DNA of 64,000 nt, from assembly GCF_009914755.1 (NCBI RefSeq), contig NC_060936.1; one strand, given 5' to 3'. The translations under genes were made by a program, and so were the position numbers. Shown here piece after piece: positions 1 through 16,686 of the stretch. Each line of letters starts with the position of its first letter. Positions within the stretch are counted from its first letter, which is position 1. Under the pieces are notes generated by a model that saw only the letters and a list, made by a program, of their open reading frames with translations, made no database searches and was not told where the DNA came from. Source of the stretch: the human T2T-CHM13v2.0 reference genome, Homo sapiens.

Positions 1-48
1 CACAAATAAATTTCACTTATAAAAGTTCAGATAAAAATTCTAGAACTG

Positions 49-603
49 GGTTTTTACGGTTTTAGGTCTTATGTTTAAGTCTTTAATCCACCTTGAGTTA
101 ATTTTTGTATAAGGTGTAAGTTTCAGTTTTCTGCATATGGCTAGCCAGTTTTCTCAACACCTTTTATTAAATGTGGAATCCTTTCCCCATTGCTCGTTTT
201 TGTCAGGTTTGTCAAAGATCAGATGGTTGTAGATGTGTGGCATTATTTCTGAGGCTCTGTTCTGTTCCATTGGTCTATATATGAGTTCATGTCCTTTGCA
301 AGGACATGGATGAAGCTGGAAACCATCATTCTCAGCAAACTAACACAGGACAGAAAGCCAAACACCGCATGTTCTCACTCATAAGTGGGAGTTGAACAAT
401 AAGAAAACATGGACACAGCAAGGGGAACATCACACACCAGGGCCTGTTGGTTGGTGGTGGGCTAGGGGAGGGATAGCATTAGGAGAAACACCTAATGTAG
501 ATGACAGATTGATGGGTGAAGCAAACTACCATGTCACGTATATACCTATGTAACAAACCTGCATGTTCTGCACATGTATCCTAGGACTTAAAGTATATAT
601 AAG
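49..603 (+). mobile_element. 5'-truncated, 5'-inverted L1PA (approx. L1PA7/8) with 15-bp TSD
   Basis: 49-281 is minus-strand L1 ORF2 sequence; 281-600 is plus-strand L1PA 3' UTR. It is flanked by identical AAAATTCTAGAACTG at 34-48 and 604-618. Confidence 0.85.
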
Positions 604-789
604 AAAATTCTAGAACTGAAAAATATAAGTGAATTAAAAACATAGTGATTATATTTAAAAGCATGTTAGACACAGGTAAAGAGAGTTCTGGTGATTTCAA
701 AAATACGTTGGTAGTAAATATTCAGATTTAAGAATAAAAAATAAAAAGAAGGGAAGACACACAGAAGCCATAGAGGTATGTAGGGGAGT

Positions 790-1290
790 GTTGTGGTTAT
801 GTCTATGTCACAAACGTCTCCCAAACTTAGTGATGTAATAAAACCATATTATTATTAAATAGTTATCATGAATGAGTAATTTGGACAAAGGCACTGTAGA
901 GCCAACTCACCGAAGCTCCATGATGTCTGGGGTGTCATCTAGGATGACACAAACTACTAGATGCAGAAATATCAAAGGTTGAGTATTTTATATGTCTGAT
1001 GCCTTTGTGTTCCCCCAAATGAGCTCTCTCTCCAGCAGATAATTCTTCTGTGGAATTTTTCAGTGACTCAACTCCAAATAGGAGCATTTCAAGAGTATGT
1101 ATTTCAACAAAGAAGTATTAGAAGATGACAGTGTCCTTGCAGTATCTTTTAGGGGCTATCAGAACATGATTTCTGCTATATTCTATCATCGGAGCCTTAA
1201 TAATGTTAACTATAATTCAAGGGAAGATCAAATAAACTTCACCTTTCAAGGAAAGGAGTAACAGAGAATGTGCAGGCATTTTTATACACC
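790..1290 (-). mobile_element. Old MaLR (MLT1-type) LTR fragment
   Basis: Degenerate MLT1 motifs (cccaaacttagtg..., ttctgctatattct..., aattcaagggaag...); boundaries approximate. Confidence 0.5.
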
Positions 1291-1380
1291 ATTGACATGG
1301 AAAAAAAAGTCCTTCAAGGATTTCCAGTTTCAGATTCTACCTATAAAGAGTTCAGAAGTCATTATTCATAGCCTTACAAA

Positions 1381-1411
<31 letters not shown>

Positions 1412-1569
1412 ATGAAATATACAGAAAGTCCATAACTTCTCTTGGACTCATCAGATAATTGAGATCACAGACCAAACTGACATCCCCAAATCTAAAGGGA
1501 CAAGCAAATCCAGAAAGACAGCACAAGTGAGATCTTTTTATGTGGAGTAGAAGCCACAAAAAATATAAA

Positions 1570-3018
1570 CTTGAGAAGAAAGTCAGAGGCATTACATTAC
1601 CCAACTTCAAACTATACCACAAGTCTACAATAAACAAAACAGCATGGTACTGGTACAAAAACACACATAGACCAATAGAACAAAATACAGAACCCAGAAA
1701 TAAAGTCATACGCCTACAACCATCTGATCTTTGACAAAGATGACAAAAATAAACAATGGAGACAGGACTCCCTGTTTAATAAATAGTGCTGTGATAACTG
1801 GCTACTCATATGCCAAAGAGTAACACTGGACCCCTACTTCTCACCATGTACAAAAATAACTCAAGATGTATTAAAAACTTAAATGTAAGACCTCAAACTT
1901 TAAAAATCCCAGAAGAAAACCTAGGAAATACCATTCTGGACATCAGCACTGACAAAGAATTTATGAGTAAGTCCTCAAAAGCAATTGCAACAGAAACAAA
2001 AATTGATAAGTGGGACCTAATTAAACTAAAGAGTTTCTGCGCAGCAAAAGAAATTATCAATAGAGTAAACAGACAACCCACAGAATGAAAGAAAATATTC
2101 ACAAACTATTAATCCAGTGAAAGTCTAATATCCAGAATCTATAAGAAACTTAAGTCAACAAGCAAAAAACAAATAACCCCATTAAAAAGTGAGCAAAGGA
2201 CATGAACAGATACTTCTCAAAAGAAGACATATAAGTGGTCACAAAACCTATTGCTCAATATTGCTAATCATCAGCAAAATGCAAATCAAAACCACAATGA
2301 GATACCATCTCATACCAGTCAGAATGGTGATTATTAAAAAGACAAAAAAAAAAAATAGACACTGGTGAGGCTGTACACTGTTTGTTGGAATGTAAATTAG
2401 TCCAGTCACTGTGGAAGGCAATTTGGAGATTTCTTAAAGAATTAAAAACAGAACTACCATTTGACCCAGCAATCTCATTATTGGGTATATACTCAAGGGA
2501 AAATAAATAATTCTACAAAATTCTGTGGCATTAGCAGCATGCATATATGTTCATCATAGCACTGTTCACAATAGCAAGGATATGGAATCAATGTAGGTGC
2601 TCATCAATGGTAGATTGGATTAAGAAATAAAGTGGTATAGACACACCATGGAATACTACCCAGCCATAAAAAAGAAAAAAATCATGTCCTTTGCCGTAAC
2701 ATGGGTGCAACTTGAAGCCATCATCCTAAGTGAATTAGTGCAGTGAGAGAAAACCAAATACTACATGTTCTCACTTATAACTGGGAGCTAAATATTAGGT
2801 AATCATGGACATAAAGATGGTGACAATAGAAACTGGGGACTACTAGAAGTGGAAAGGGGAACGAGAGAAAGGGGTGAAAAACTACCTGTTGGGCACTATG
2901 CTCACTAGCTGGGTGACAAGATCATTCATAAACCAAATCTAAGTGTCACACAATATGCCCATGTAACAAATGTATACATGTAACCCCAAATCTAAAATGA
3001 AAGTTAAAATTATTAAAA
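1570..3018 (+). mobile_element. L1 (L1PA15/16 or L1PB-like) ORF2 3' part plus 3' UTR, decayed
   Basis: ORF fragments [19 protein letters not shown] and [18 protein letters not shown] are typical L1 ORF2p C-terminal sequence. They are followed by a 3' UTR and A-rich end, with multiple stops and frameshifts. Confidence 0.9.
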
Positions 3019-3362
3019 ACAATGCAACTCCAAAGTAAGAAAAAAATATATAATCCCCAAACTGCCCAATCAAACAATGGCAAAAGTCCTGAAGAGACAC
3101 TTTACAGTGTTTTGGTGGCAAATAGTATATGAAAAGATGTTCAGCATCATTCACCATTAAGGAAATGAAAATGAAAATAATGACGCAATGCAATTGTACA
3201 ACTATTAGTATGGTATTGTATTGCTGGTGGGATGACAAAATGGTACTGGCAATTTTGAGGAAAATTTGGCAGATTCTCAACAAAGTGTAACATAGTCTTA
3301 TCATTACAATCTAGCTACCATGTTCCTAAGTATTTAACCAACTGACTTAAAAATGTATTTTT

Positions 3363-3653
<291 letters not shown>

Positions 3654-4064
3654 TCACACCAAATTCACATATGAATATTTTAATAGATTTATTCATATTC
3701 AACAGACACTGGAAGTAATGGAGATATAGTTTTACAAATGATTAAACAAACCTGGTACATCCATACAATGGTATATTGTACACCAGTGTAAAGGAATGAA
3801 CTGTTCAGAAACATGAAAATGTGAATGAATCTTAAATGTATATTGCTACTGAAAATGACCAATCTGAAATGGCTACATGTTGTATGAGTCATGAAAAAAC
3901 AAGGACACTTTGAGGAACTGTCATAGCATAAAGAAGCCTAAGAAGATATGGCTACTAGATGGAATAAGGTATTCTGGATGAGATCCCGAAATAGAAAAAG
4001 GACATTAAAGAAAAACTAAGAAACCAAAATTAACCTGAAATAAGTATGGATTTTAATTAATGAT

Positions 4065-4429
4065 TGTATTAGTCCATTCTCATTCTGCTAATAAAGACAC
4101 ACCCAAGACTGGGTAATTTATACAGGAAAGAGGTTAAATTGACTCACAGTTCAGCATGGCTGCAGAGGCCTCAGGAAACTTACAGTCACGGTGGAAGGGG
4201 AAGTAAACATGTCCTTCTTCACATGGCAGCAGGAAGCAGAAGTGCAGTGTGAAGCCCCTTATAAAATCATCAGATTTCAAGAGAAATCACTCACTATCAT
4301 GAGAACAGGATGGAGAAAACCGCCTCCATGATTCAATTATCTCCACCTAGTCCCTCCCATGACACGTGGGCATTATAAGACCTACAATTCAAGATGAAAT
4401 TTAGATGGGGACACAGTTAAACCATATCA
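4065..4429 (-). mobile_element. THE1/MSTA-type MaLR solo LTR
   Basis: tgtattagtccattctc...aaccatatca termini, ~365 bp. Confidence 0.85.
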
Positions 4430-4862
4430 ATTATAATGTATTAATGTTGATTCATTAGTTGTGACAAATGTTTCATATTAATGTAAGATGTTAACACAAG
4501 ATGAAACTCAGTGTGGGGTATGTGGGAACTCTCCCTATTATATAAATTTATAATTTTATAGATCTAAAACTACTTTGTTTTATTTCTTTTTTAAAAAGCC
4601 TATCAAATTTGTATCTAGACTCTTAGAGGAAGAGAGAATACGGTAGAAAAAATACTTGAAAAAATCACGGATAAGAAATATCTAAACTTGATCATGGAAA
4701 TGTAAGCATAGATTAAAGAATTTCTACTAACCCAATGCAAGAGGAATTCAAGGAAAATAAAACACTTAGACACACCAGTGCAAACCAATGAAAACAAAAA
4801 CAAAGGGAAAAACACACATTCTATTCAAAGAGGCAATAATAAGAATTTTAGCTAATTTCTCA

Positions 4863-5211
<349 letters not shown>

Positions 5212-5619
5212 ACAAAACCAAAATTAAGTCTGAAGACAACCAAATCAAATTACATAGAGAGTAGAATGATACACATTGGAGACTTGGAAGGGTCAGGGAG
5301 TGGGGAGAGGGGGGTGGATGATTAGAAATTATTTAACGGATACAATGTGCATTATTCAGATGATGGACACACTAAAAGCCCAGAATTCACCACTAGGCAA
5401 AACAACCACTTAATAAAAAATAGCATTTGTACCCTTAAATTTATACAAATTAAGTAAAAGAGATAACTGAAAGAAAATGCCTGTCATCTTTGAATTCTCT
5501 ATCTAGAAATAACATACCAAAAAAGTTTAAAATGAAGGCAAAATGAAAATTTATATAAAAGAAAGACTGAGAGAATTCAGTGCCACCAAATGTACACTAA
5601 AAACCATACAATTTGTTAG

Positions 5620-6010
5620 TGTGTTAGGTTGTTCTTGCATTGCTATAAAGAAATGTCTAAGGTTGGGGTCATTTATAAAGAAAAGAGGTTTAATTGGCTT
5701 ATGGTTCTGCAGACTTTACAGGAAGCATGGTGCTGACATCTGCTTCTGGTGAGGCCTCAGGGAGCTTCCAATCATGGCAGAAGGCAACAGGGAGCCAGCA
5801 CATCACATGGCAAGAGCAGGACAAAGAGAAAAGGGAGGAGGCACCACACACTTCTAAACAACCGCTTCACTCATCACCAAGGAGATGGTGCTAGGCCACT
5901 CATGAGGGATTCATTCCCATGATCCCAACCCCACCCACTAGGCCCACCTCCAACACTGGGGATTACATTTCAACATGAGACTTAAAGGGACAAGTATCCA
6001 AACCACGTCA
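5620..6010 (-). mobile_element. MST-type MaLR solo LTR
   Basis: tgtgttagg...cattgctataaagaaa...aaaccacgtca; near-match 5-bp flanks gttag/gtcag. Confidence 0.85.
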
Positions 6011-7183
6011 GTCAGTTTTAGGGATAGGAAAATCATTTCAGACAGATAAATATAAATGAAAGGAATAATGAATACAAATTTTTAAAAAATCTGTGATAAA
6101 CCTAAACTGCATAAATCAATCATAATAACAATAATACCTTGTGAGTTTCAAAATGTATGTAGAATTTAAAAACGTGAATCCAACAAATCAAAAGACAGAA
6201 GAAATGGATTGAATTAAAATGTCTTAAATTGTTAACATTTTTAAGGTTATGATGAAAGCATTAATTTATCTTTAATTATTATGAATTATGAATCAAAGAT
6301 GCACATCATAGTCTCCAGGGGAACTGAATAATAACATGCTAATGGAGGATGCTAAATCAAAATAATCTGTTAATGCAAGGATTCAACAGGAGGGAAAAAT
6401 GAATGCAGCAAACGGAAACAAATCTGAACACAAACATATCACTAAAATCATCACACGTAAATTAACCAACATCCAATAAAAATTTAAGCTTTGTCAAACA
6501 AGATAAAATGTACAACTCAGCCACATAATGCTTACACTATAGGGATTTTAAATATGAAGACATTTCTTCATATTTAAAATATGGAAGAATAAAAGTAAAA
6601 ACCCAGGGAAGCATTATTCAGACAAGAAACAAAAGTAGGCTGGCGTTCTTTTAACAGATTTTATGGCAAAAAGTGCTTCAAAGTATACGATGATGTGACG
6701 AGAAAGCAAGTCTAAACAGCACATACAAGTGGAAAGCAAAAATTTGACAGAACCAAAGGAAGAAATATAAGAAATAGACAATCACAGTGGGAGATTTTCT
6801 CAAACCTCTCTTAACTGATAGAGCTCTGGCATAAAATGTTTAGGAATATAGGAGTTTTGCACTGCAGAAATACAGGCTTGATCCAAATGGCGTATTAGAA
6901 CGCAGAAGCCAACAATCACAGAACATGGAATATGTCCCCAAATTGTCCACAAGCTTTACCACCCAGCCAATTGTAAGCCATTCAAATAATTGAAATCGTA
7001 GCGTATCTTCTCTTCTCGCTGTGGAATAAAACTAGGATGATGATGATGGCAACTGCATCACCCCTAAATGGACAGATTTAAAGAAATCGTCTTCTAAATA
7101 GAGCATGTCACAGAGTCATGCTGTAAATTATGAAATACTTTCATCTGAGTAATTATGAAAATACTATATATCAAAGACAGCTA

Positions 7184-7527
<344 letters not shown>

Positions 7528-8091
7528 TTATAGCAATAAATGCACATATTAGCAGAGAATTGCCCTGGACTTGGGGACTCAGGGTGACCTCCCTTTCCGC
7601 AGTGGCAGAGTAGTCGGACCTTCAGGCCTCCCCAGCTTCTTTCCTGGCCAGGGAAGGGTTTCTGGCCTCCCAGTCACACAGGGGCTTCTAAGCTCTGCCC
7701 AAAGACCTGGCAGCCAGGCAGGGCTCAGCTTGCTGGGGATGTGGTGGGGTAGGATGAAGGAGGGAGAAGGACAAGATGTGTGTGTTAAGGAACAGAAAGG
7801 GGTTGTGGCTCTGTCCTGCCCCTTCCCCGGGTTCTGAAGTGTGGTGGGGCTCAAGCCATGATCCCTCAGTCCAGCAGAAATCTGTTCCAGTGGCCTAGCA
7901 TCTCCGCACACAGGACAGACTCCACTCCAGCCCCTTAGGCTCTCCCTCCTCCCGCACGTGCTGGTTCCTTACTCACTGTAAGTGAGATCTCTGTACAAGA
8001 TAGTGAGAAACATCAAACCTTGGCATCTACACCCTGGAGCTCTGACACTTGAAGTGGGAATTGCAATTCTCCCAGCAAGGATCTTACCTAG

Positions 8092-8405
<314 letters not shown>

Positions 8406-9434
8406 GACCCCCTTCCTCTTAAATTGCCCTCCCTGCCCCTCCCTGGAAGCCACAGTCTTTTGGCCACACATTGATCCCACAGATATTTGCCAGGTATCAA
8501 CTCAGGTGAGGCCCTGGGCTGAGAAATTGGGAAAATGGCAGCCGACCCCCCAACCCCCTTCTCTGCATGACGACCTTCAGAAGAGGGGCTCAGAAGTGTG
8601 GCAGTTTGCAATCCACAGTGAGATGGAGAAGAGGAGAAGGGGAGGAGAAAAGGGTTCCAGAGGAGTGGGGGGCTCTGTGACCCAGGAGGGGCACCCTGGA
8701 GAGACAAAAGCCTGCACAGAGGAGGTGGCAACAGACAATCCCAGGCTCTGGTCAGAACTCTCCCACCTGCGCACGTAACGTGGGTGCCTTTCATTGTATA
8801 ATTACACTCACTAAAGTTGACTAAAAACAAGCCGTGGAGAAAACACATAGAGGATCTTTTCTTGTCTAATAGTAGATTAAACAAGCTCCAGGCCACACAA
8901 AACATATTTTCTATGCGTTTCATCCAGTTTTCAGAACATGTATGAGACGTTTCTTTTAAACATCATTTTGTTTGTTGAAAATTCTTAAGCTTCCTCAGCG
9001 ACCCAGAGCTGGAAACCCTCCCACAAACGCATTCATTGATTTGGGACCTTAGGGGCCCCTCCTCTTTTTCCTTGGAAATGCTTATTCACCTCATCCCCAG
9101 CACAGCAGGGCTCAAGATAAACGAGATCATCTTTCCTCAAGTCTCTTGCAACAAGAAAGAGGGGGAGGAAAATCAATATGTGTGATCATCATTCTTCTCC
9201 ATCCGCCGTAAATAGGCTGAGGAGGGTCATTATTCATCTCCGCTGGCGAAAATCGGATTATAAGTGCTGGGGAAGCTGAAAGCAAATTTCAAGACCAAAA
9301 TATGTTCCTTCCTCCATGACTGAACTGCCTGCTGCGGGATTTTTAATTGCATTTGCCCGTTTCGAGATGTACGGCATGATTCCAGGCTTGGATCTTGGGT
9401 CTGTAGTTTCTAGGCTGTCATTCTTACCTTTTAA

Positions 9435-9785
<351 letters not shown>

Positions 9786-10907
9786 CATGGTTATTATAAA
9801 TGGAGTATTATTATTATTAGAGGAAAGCATGGAATTATATATGGAAAGGCATATTTTCTGGTACCGCTTTGCCACCAGACAAAAAATGCAAAGAGCCCCT
9901 GCGGATATGTAAGAAATTGTCCAGCTCCCAGTGCCCTCAACCCAGTGCCCAGGAATGAATTAACCCCACAGCACCCTTGCGAAGAAAGGCAAAGCAAGCA
10001 AAGTTTCACTGGGCCTGGACATGAAGTTAAAGAATTAATACTATGTGACGGGTAGGTTGGCAGAAGCACAGAATATACACGTGGACTCTATTTACACCAG
10101 CACTGTGGTGGAGTGACCTTTAGTTGCAGCTCAAGTGCCTGAGGCATCCATGGTGACACGGGCAGGTGAACGTAGCATAGACTATACGGCATCCACTGTG
10201 CACCCAAGTCTAGGTTAGTGTGTTGGTTTCCGAGAAAAAATAAAAAGATACATGCTACCGTTCGAAAAGTTTGCAGCCTTGGCTGGGAAGACAAGGCACA
10301 GCCACATAGAAAGCGTAGGGCTGTGGGCTATTCTTTTTATAAAGGTGATGCTTTGTACCATATTCTCCTTATATTTACTCACTCCTCAACAAGCACACCC
10401 TCCCACGCTCACACTCCTCCTTCCACTTGAGCTACTTAAACTAGACATAATGTATGGTGTCTTCATCATGATCTATATTTAAATTATAGTGACACATTAC
10501 CAAGATTCAGGGTCTGCATTTCTCTTGCTGTGGTGAGAGAGAATCTTGATGAGGTACAAGGCAGTATTTTGTGTCTTTGCATTCTTACTGTCAAAGCAGA
10601 GGGCACGAGTGACCGACAGCACTTTGAAGGTAAAAGCAGACTGCATGTCTTCACATTTCACAGAACTCGGTCCTTTTGTCAACAAGATATTAAACTTTCT
10701 CTGGCTTACTTTGAAAACTTCTGCTATGTTTTAAGTGCCTTATTTGGAAATCAACAAATAAAAGTTTCCCTAGCCTTTTTCTCCTATTATTTCCCTCCCC
10801 AAATTGTTTTTTTAAAGATAATTAAGCCACAACTGCCTTATGATGCTGGGTTTTCCAGAGAGGAATTCAGTAAGAGATGAATTGCCCTTGAGCTCTATCT
10901 GTGGGTC

Positions 10908-11090
10908 CTTCCTTCCTCCCTCCCTCTCTCCTCCCTCCCTCCTTCCCCACTTCCTCCCTCCTCCCCCACTTCCTCCCTCCCTCCTTCCCCTCTCCCTCCC
11001 TCCCTCCTTCCCCCCTCCCTCCCTCCCTCCCTCCCTCCCTCCCTCCCTTCCTTCCTTCCTTCCTTCCTTCCTTCCTTCCTTCCTTCGTTC
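10908..11090 (+). repeat. Polypyrimidine (CCCT/CCTT)n simple repeat
   Basis: ~180 bp composed almost entirely of C and T. Confidence 0.95.
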
Positions 11091-11094
11091 CTCA

Positions 11095-11520
11095 TGATGC
11101 CTACTGTGAGCTGCGCCCCTTCCTAGTGCCTGGGGAAACAGTGTTGAAAGTGACAGCTTAGGATCCTGGTCTCATGCAGCTTACAGCCTAATGCAGGGAT
11201 TCAGTCAATAAAACAAGGAAACAGACTATTGTTAGACTGTGATAATGCTGGGATGGAAGGGTAAAAAGAAGCCAATCTGATGGAGACAGACTAGAATGGG
11301 GGTGGTTGGGCTATCTTATTAGGGTGAACAGAGAAGGCTTTTCCTAGGAGGTGACATAAGGGATCCTTCTTCTAAAGGAAAAGGATAAAAAAAGAACCCA
11401 GCCATATGCAGAGGGTTCAGGCAGAAGCAGCAGCAAGTTCAAAGGTCCTAAGATGGGATGGGCATGGACTGATTCAAAAATGAAAGACAGGCTTCAATAG
11501 TGTCAATAGCTTGACCGTAA
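11095..11520. mobile_element. L2 fragment
   Basis: Degenerate L2 3' motifs (gcctactgtg..., ctcatgcagcttacag..., gaggaggtgacat..., gcaagttcaaagg). Confidence 0.55.
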
Positions 11521-12307
11521 TGATTACTTACTACCTGGCCAATTATCAAAAAGCTATTTATTGATAATATTGAGAAAAACCAAAGCATATGCTCAGATAA
11601 TAGGGATATATCGGTTTGCTTATATTTCTTCTCTAACAAGCCTTATCGTTATTTTCATAGGAATATAGAAATAATATTCTAAACTACCGATGGCTTAATA
11701 TACTTTGCTGAAACAGCTTAGACCCTTGTTTCAAATCATTTTCCTTCCAAAAACAACCTACACACAAACTATTTGCTTTGTTAGTCAGAACAGAACAGAA
11801 CTGGAATTAGTCACTCATGATAGGTATGAGTCACTTATAAGCCTGTTTTTCTTTTTCCTATTTGTATCTGCGATAATCAGATGAAAATCAACCCCAGCAT
11901 TATCCAAGAAATTCTATAAATTAAGGCGATATTAATACCCTTGTTCTTTCCCTAGTGATGGTGGTTCTCACCTTTTTTACTGTTCATGCATATTTTCATT
12001 CTTTCAAAAGCTGATTTCATTTCTTCCAGTCAAATGCCTCTATTTTTCCACCAAGCTGCTAATATGTTTGCCTTTTAAACCAAGCTAAGCCTGGTTTTTA
12101 TCTGGACAATTGAATTGTATAACATGTGTCTTGCAACAAAACAAGCTCTGCCAGAAAAGGCAGCTGCAGAAACTCAGGCAAAGATGTACCTAGTACTAGC
12201 ATTTGCTGAGTACAGCGAGAACAAAGGAGAATGAAATGCTGGCGTGCTAATTTATAAGAAAAATTAAATCCGCACACGATATGTTAATGGCTTTAAAACA
12301 GGCTTCC

Positions 12308-12736
<429 letters not shown>

Positions 12737-13993
12737 CTAAAAAATACTTTTTAAGAGAGATACCCATTAAATATCTGTGGGTCATACGGACAACCACAAA
12801 CAAATTAGAAAGGATTTTCCAATCTTGCAAAAATCTTCAGGCCAAATTTTGTTTCCAAGAATTTATTTTCCCTTCAGATAAGAACAGTGACCTGACGATT
12901 ATATTTGGTGCCCAATTTATTGGTGTCACAACTATACAGGAAGTGTGTGTAGTCTTTAAACCTTTTAATGTCTCTTCCTCAGGAGTGTGCCAACATTTCG
13001 TTTTCAGCGTTGCTTTTGAATGTGCAGCCGGGAACCCCTTCATGGCTAGTTCAAACCCCCATGCATAAGAGAGATTTTTGAAGGAATTTTTGGCCCTAGT
13101 GAGGCATTCTTAATGAAAAATTTTCTGCATGTACTAATTAAATCTATGTAATTACAAGGTATTGTGTCATGTTAAAACTTTAACTAGCACCGAATATGTA
13201 ATTTACATGCACTTATGATAGAGCAGCTCATTATAGGTCCAATTTTCATCCCCGTCATTAGCCAGGCTCATTTGTTTCTCTGATAAAAGAGAACTCTGTC
13301 TTTGAGTCAGAGGCAGCCTTATCAAAAGAAAGATGCTTGAGGGAGTAGACCAAGGAAGAGAACTGGGCTTGGAATAGTCCTGATGACAAGGTCCAGACAC
13401 ACAATTATACCACAAGGGGGTTTTTACACCACGTACAAAGAGAGGGAGGAAGCTAAGACCATGAGGGTAAAATCTGCATTGGATTCATTGTTTGGATGGC
13501 AGCCATCCTTATAATAAATAAATTAAAGTTTCCCCAACCAAAACCAAAACAACAAAATGTGAAAATGTAAGGAATAGGCAATCATGTTTCATATCCTTTA
13601 CAGAAATATGGTGTGAGGAGAGTCCTGTCCAAGAAATAACTTACAGGCACTTGGAATCACCAGGTTTTTTGCTCTGTTGTGCCAAATTCAATTCATATAT
13701 CCCTCATGTGGCTCATTTTTACCAACAAAATTACCTCTGGTCTCTATTTTGTCTTAAGCAGCATCTCCCAAAGGACAGGGGGAGCTTTTCTTTGTCTCTC
13801 CACGTTTTCCTGCTGGACCATGAAATAGAAGCTTCCAGCCCTCAGGAATGTTAGGACACCCCGCACCACAGACGTGCACAGATACTTGTACATCCTTGTG
13901 GAAGGGCAAAGGGTGTGTCCCATTAGGGAGATGGCAGGATGCTGATATCCTTTTGGTCACCTCTCTATTGAGTGCAGTTAATATGTGAAATGC

Positions 13994-14478
<485 letters not shown>

Positions 14479-14591
14479 TCAGAGGAAAACTCACCATTGA
14501 GTCTCCTGAGCTCTCTGTGCCTGGCTGGGAGCAGGCAGCCTTTGTCCTCCGCATGCATGAGTCCACGGGTCTAGACTTGCAGTACGAAGTC

Positions 14592-14832
14592 CAGTCATCC
14601 CTCGGTATATGCAGAGGGATTGATTCCAGGACCCCCATGTAACCCAAAATCCGTGCATACTCGAGGCCCGCAGTTGGCCCTGCAGAACATGCATATGTGA
14701 AAAATCAGCCCTCCATGTACATGGATTTCAGATCCCACAAATACTGTGTTTTCTATCCATGCTTGGCTGAAAAAAAATCTGCACATAAGTAGACTTTAGC
14801 AGTTCCAACCCATATTGTTCAAGGGTCAACTG
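14592..14832 (+). mobile_element. MER8 (TcMar-Tigger non-autonomous element)
   Basis: cagtcatccctcggtat...ttcaagggtcaactg, ~240 bp, matches recalled MER8 consensus throughout. Confidence 0.85.
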
Positions 14833-16686
14833 TATTAAGAAACCAATTTTATCTCTGATACAACCAACCTAGCATTAGCAGCTATGAAGTTAATATTTTT
14901 GATAAGTATTTAACCTTATTTTTTAAAAACATTCAATTGGTTTCAAACACGGAGGGCAGTCCAGTGAGGTTAGTCATCGCTTTCCAATAAACATTAGTAT
15001 CATAACAAAGATTGACAAGAGGATTTAAAAAGCATCATCAAACCATGTACCCTCATTGAGGTATTGCGTCTTGCTGGAGTGCAATGACCCTGACTTGGTC
15101 ATCTTTTTATTCAAATCACAAGTAAAGGACTCAAAGTAATTTTGCTTAAACAAGAGATAATTTTATTTTTCTACCATGTCAAAGTCCAAAGGTGAGAAGC
15201 CTAGGGCTGAAGTCCTCAGGAATCCAGGTCCTTTTCAGCTTGTACTCAGCTGTGTGGGGCCCTCATTTCCAAGGCTTCCTCACAGGTGGTGGTACCAGCT
15301 CCATCAATCATCTTGAAGCACAGAATACAAGAAGGAGGAAGAGACAAGGCACACACATGGGTCAGTGACATGTGCTGCTTTGACCTGGAAGCTGCCATGT
15401 GACTCTTCTGCTTATATTCCACTGTCTGAAACCTGGTCACCAGGAAAAATGTAGTTGTAATGGAGGTTGGATAATATGCTTTTTAATGTTACTATAGTTA
15501 ATACATAGTTATCAAGTAAAAATCGGAAGTTCCATTACTGAAGAGGAACGAATGTCAGGGCTAACTAACAATCTCTCCCAGAGGAAGTGTGGTTGTCTGT
15601 GAAGGATGAAGCCTAGCACATGTTTCCAGGCCTGGGTAAGAGGATAAGAAAGCATCATCTCACCTGGAGCAGTACTGGTGCATGATGGGAAACTCCTGCC
15701 ATCACCGAGACCATGGCTGAGGTACCATGTGCTGGGATAGAGGGTGGAAAGGACACGTAAATGGGAGCAAGCGTCTTGGAGGATCAGTGGCAGGGCATGT
15801 ATCTGCCCTCAGCCTGATTTCCTGCCTCTGAAAATGTGGAGATGGTAGATAAACATGGGATTAGAATATTTGCACTGCCTAATCACATGCAGAAGGGCAG
15901 GCTTTTTATTTTCCTGCCATAATACTACTCCCTTCTTCATGAGCCTACTGGGAGAATTACTAAACTCATTAACTGCTGAGTGCACTGCCTGGCACAGAGG
16001 GAGTCCTTGGGAACAAGAGTCAGTTTTTAAAAAGAAATTAGATAGACTCTTTTACTTCTACATTAAACATCGCCTTGGGAAAATGATGGGAGGCCATGTC
16101 TTCTTGATCTAAGAGACTGCCTGAGGGCTCATGAGGGATTAGGGGCTACATTCAGAGAAGTTGTTCAAGTCTATTGTGTTAAACTCTTCTTCCCGGCATG
16201 CTGCACACCTTCCCACATGCTGGGCTACCAGGTGTCTCCCTCTGCGCCTGACGTACACAAGCTTGGTTGATATTCTGTGGTGAATTCATTACATCACCTC
16301 ATGCCACACTGTCTAGAATAGAAACCATGAAAGAGGAGCTCCTTTGTTTCCAGTGTGATACTCTCAGAGACCACTTTCATATGAAGTGAATCATGGGATT
16401 CCTATGACCAGGGAGAATTTGTTTTCCTCTCACCATCTAGTCAAAGGTATGGGCTCCACTTCCTAGTGTTTATTTTTCCACATGGTCATTTTTAAGAAAA
16501 ATGTTGACCAAATTCCATCATTGGATCACAAAACCTGTTCAAGTGGAAGAGCTTCAAAAAACCACAGTTCTCTATGCAGAAAAATGAAATTATATTAGCA
16601 AAATACATCCAAGTTAGTGTTCTCTGTTAAGGTGGAAACCAATAAACACTGAATTCTGATATGGACGACATTTAAGAAATAATACA

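Noticed and set aside
10840-11161. Pro/Ser-rich and Gly/Arg/Glu-rich ORFs
   Set aside because: They are translations of the (CCTT/CCCT)n repeat.
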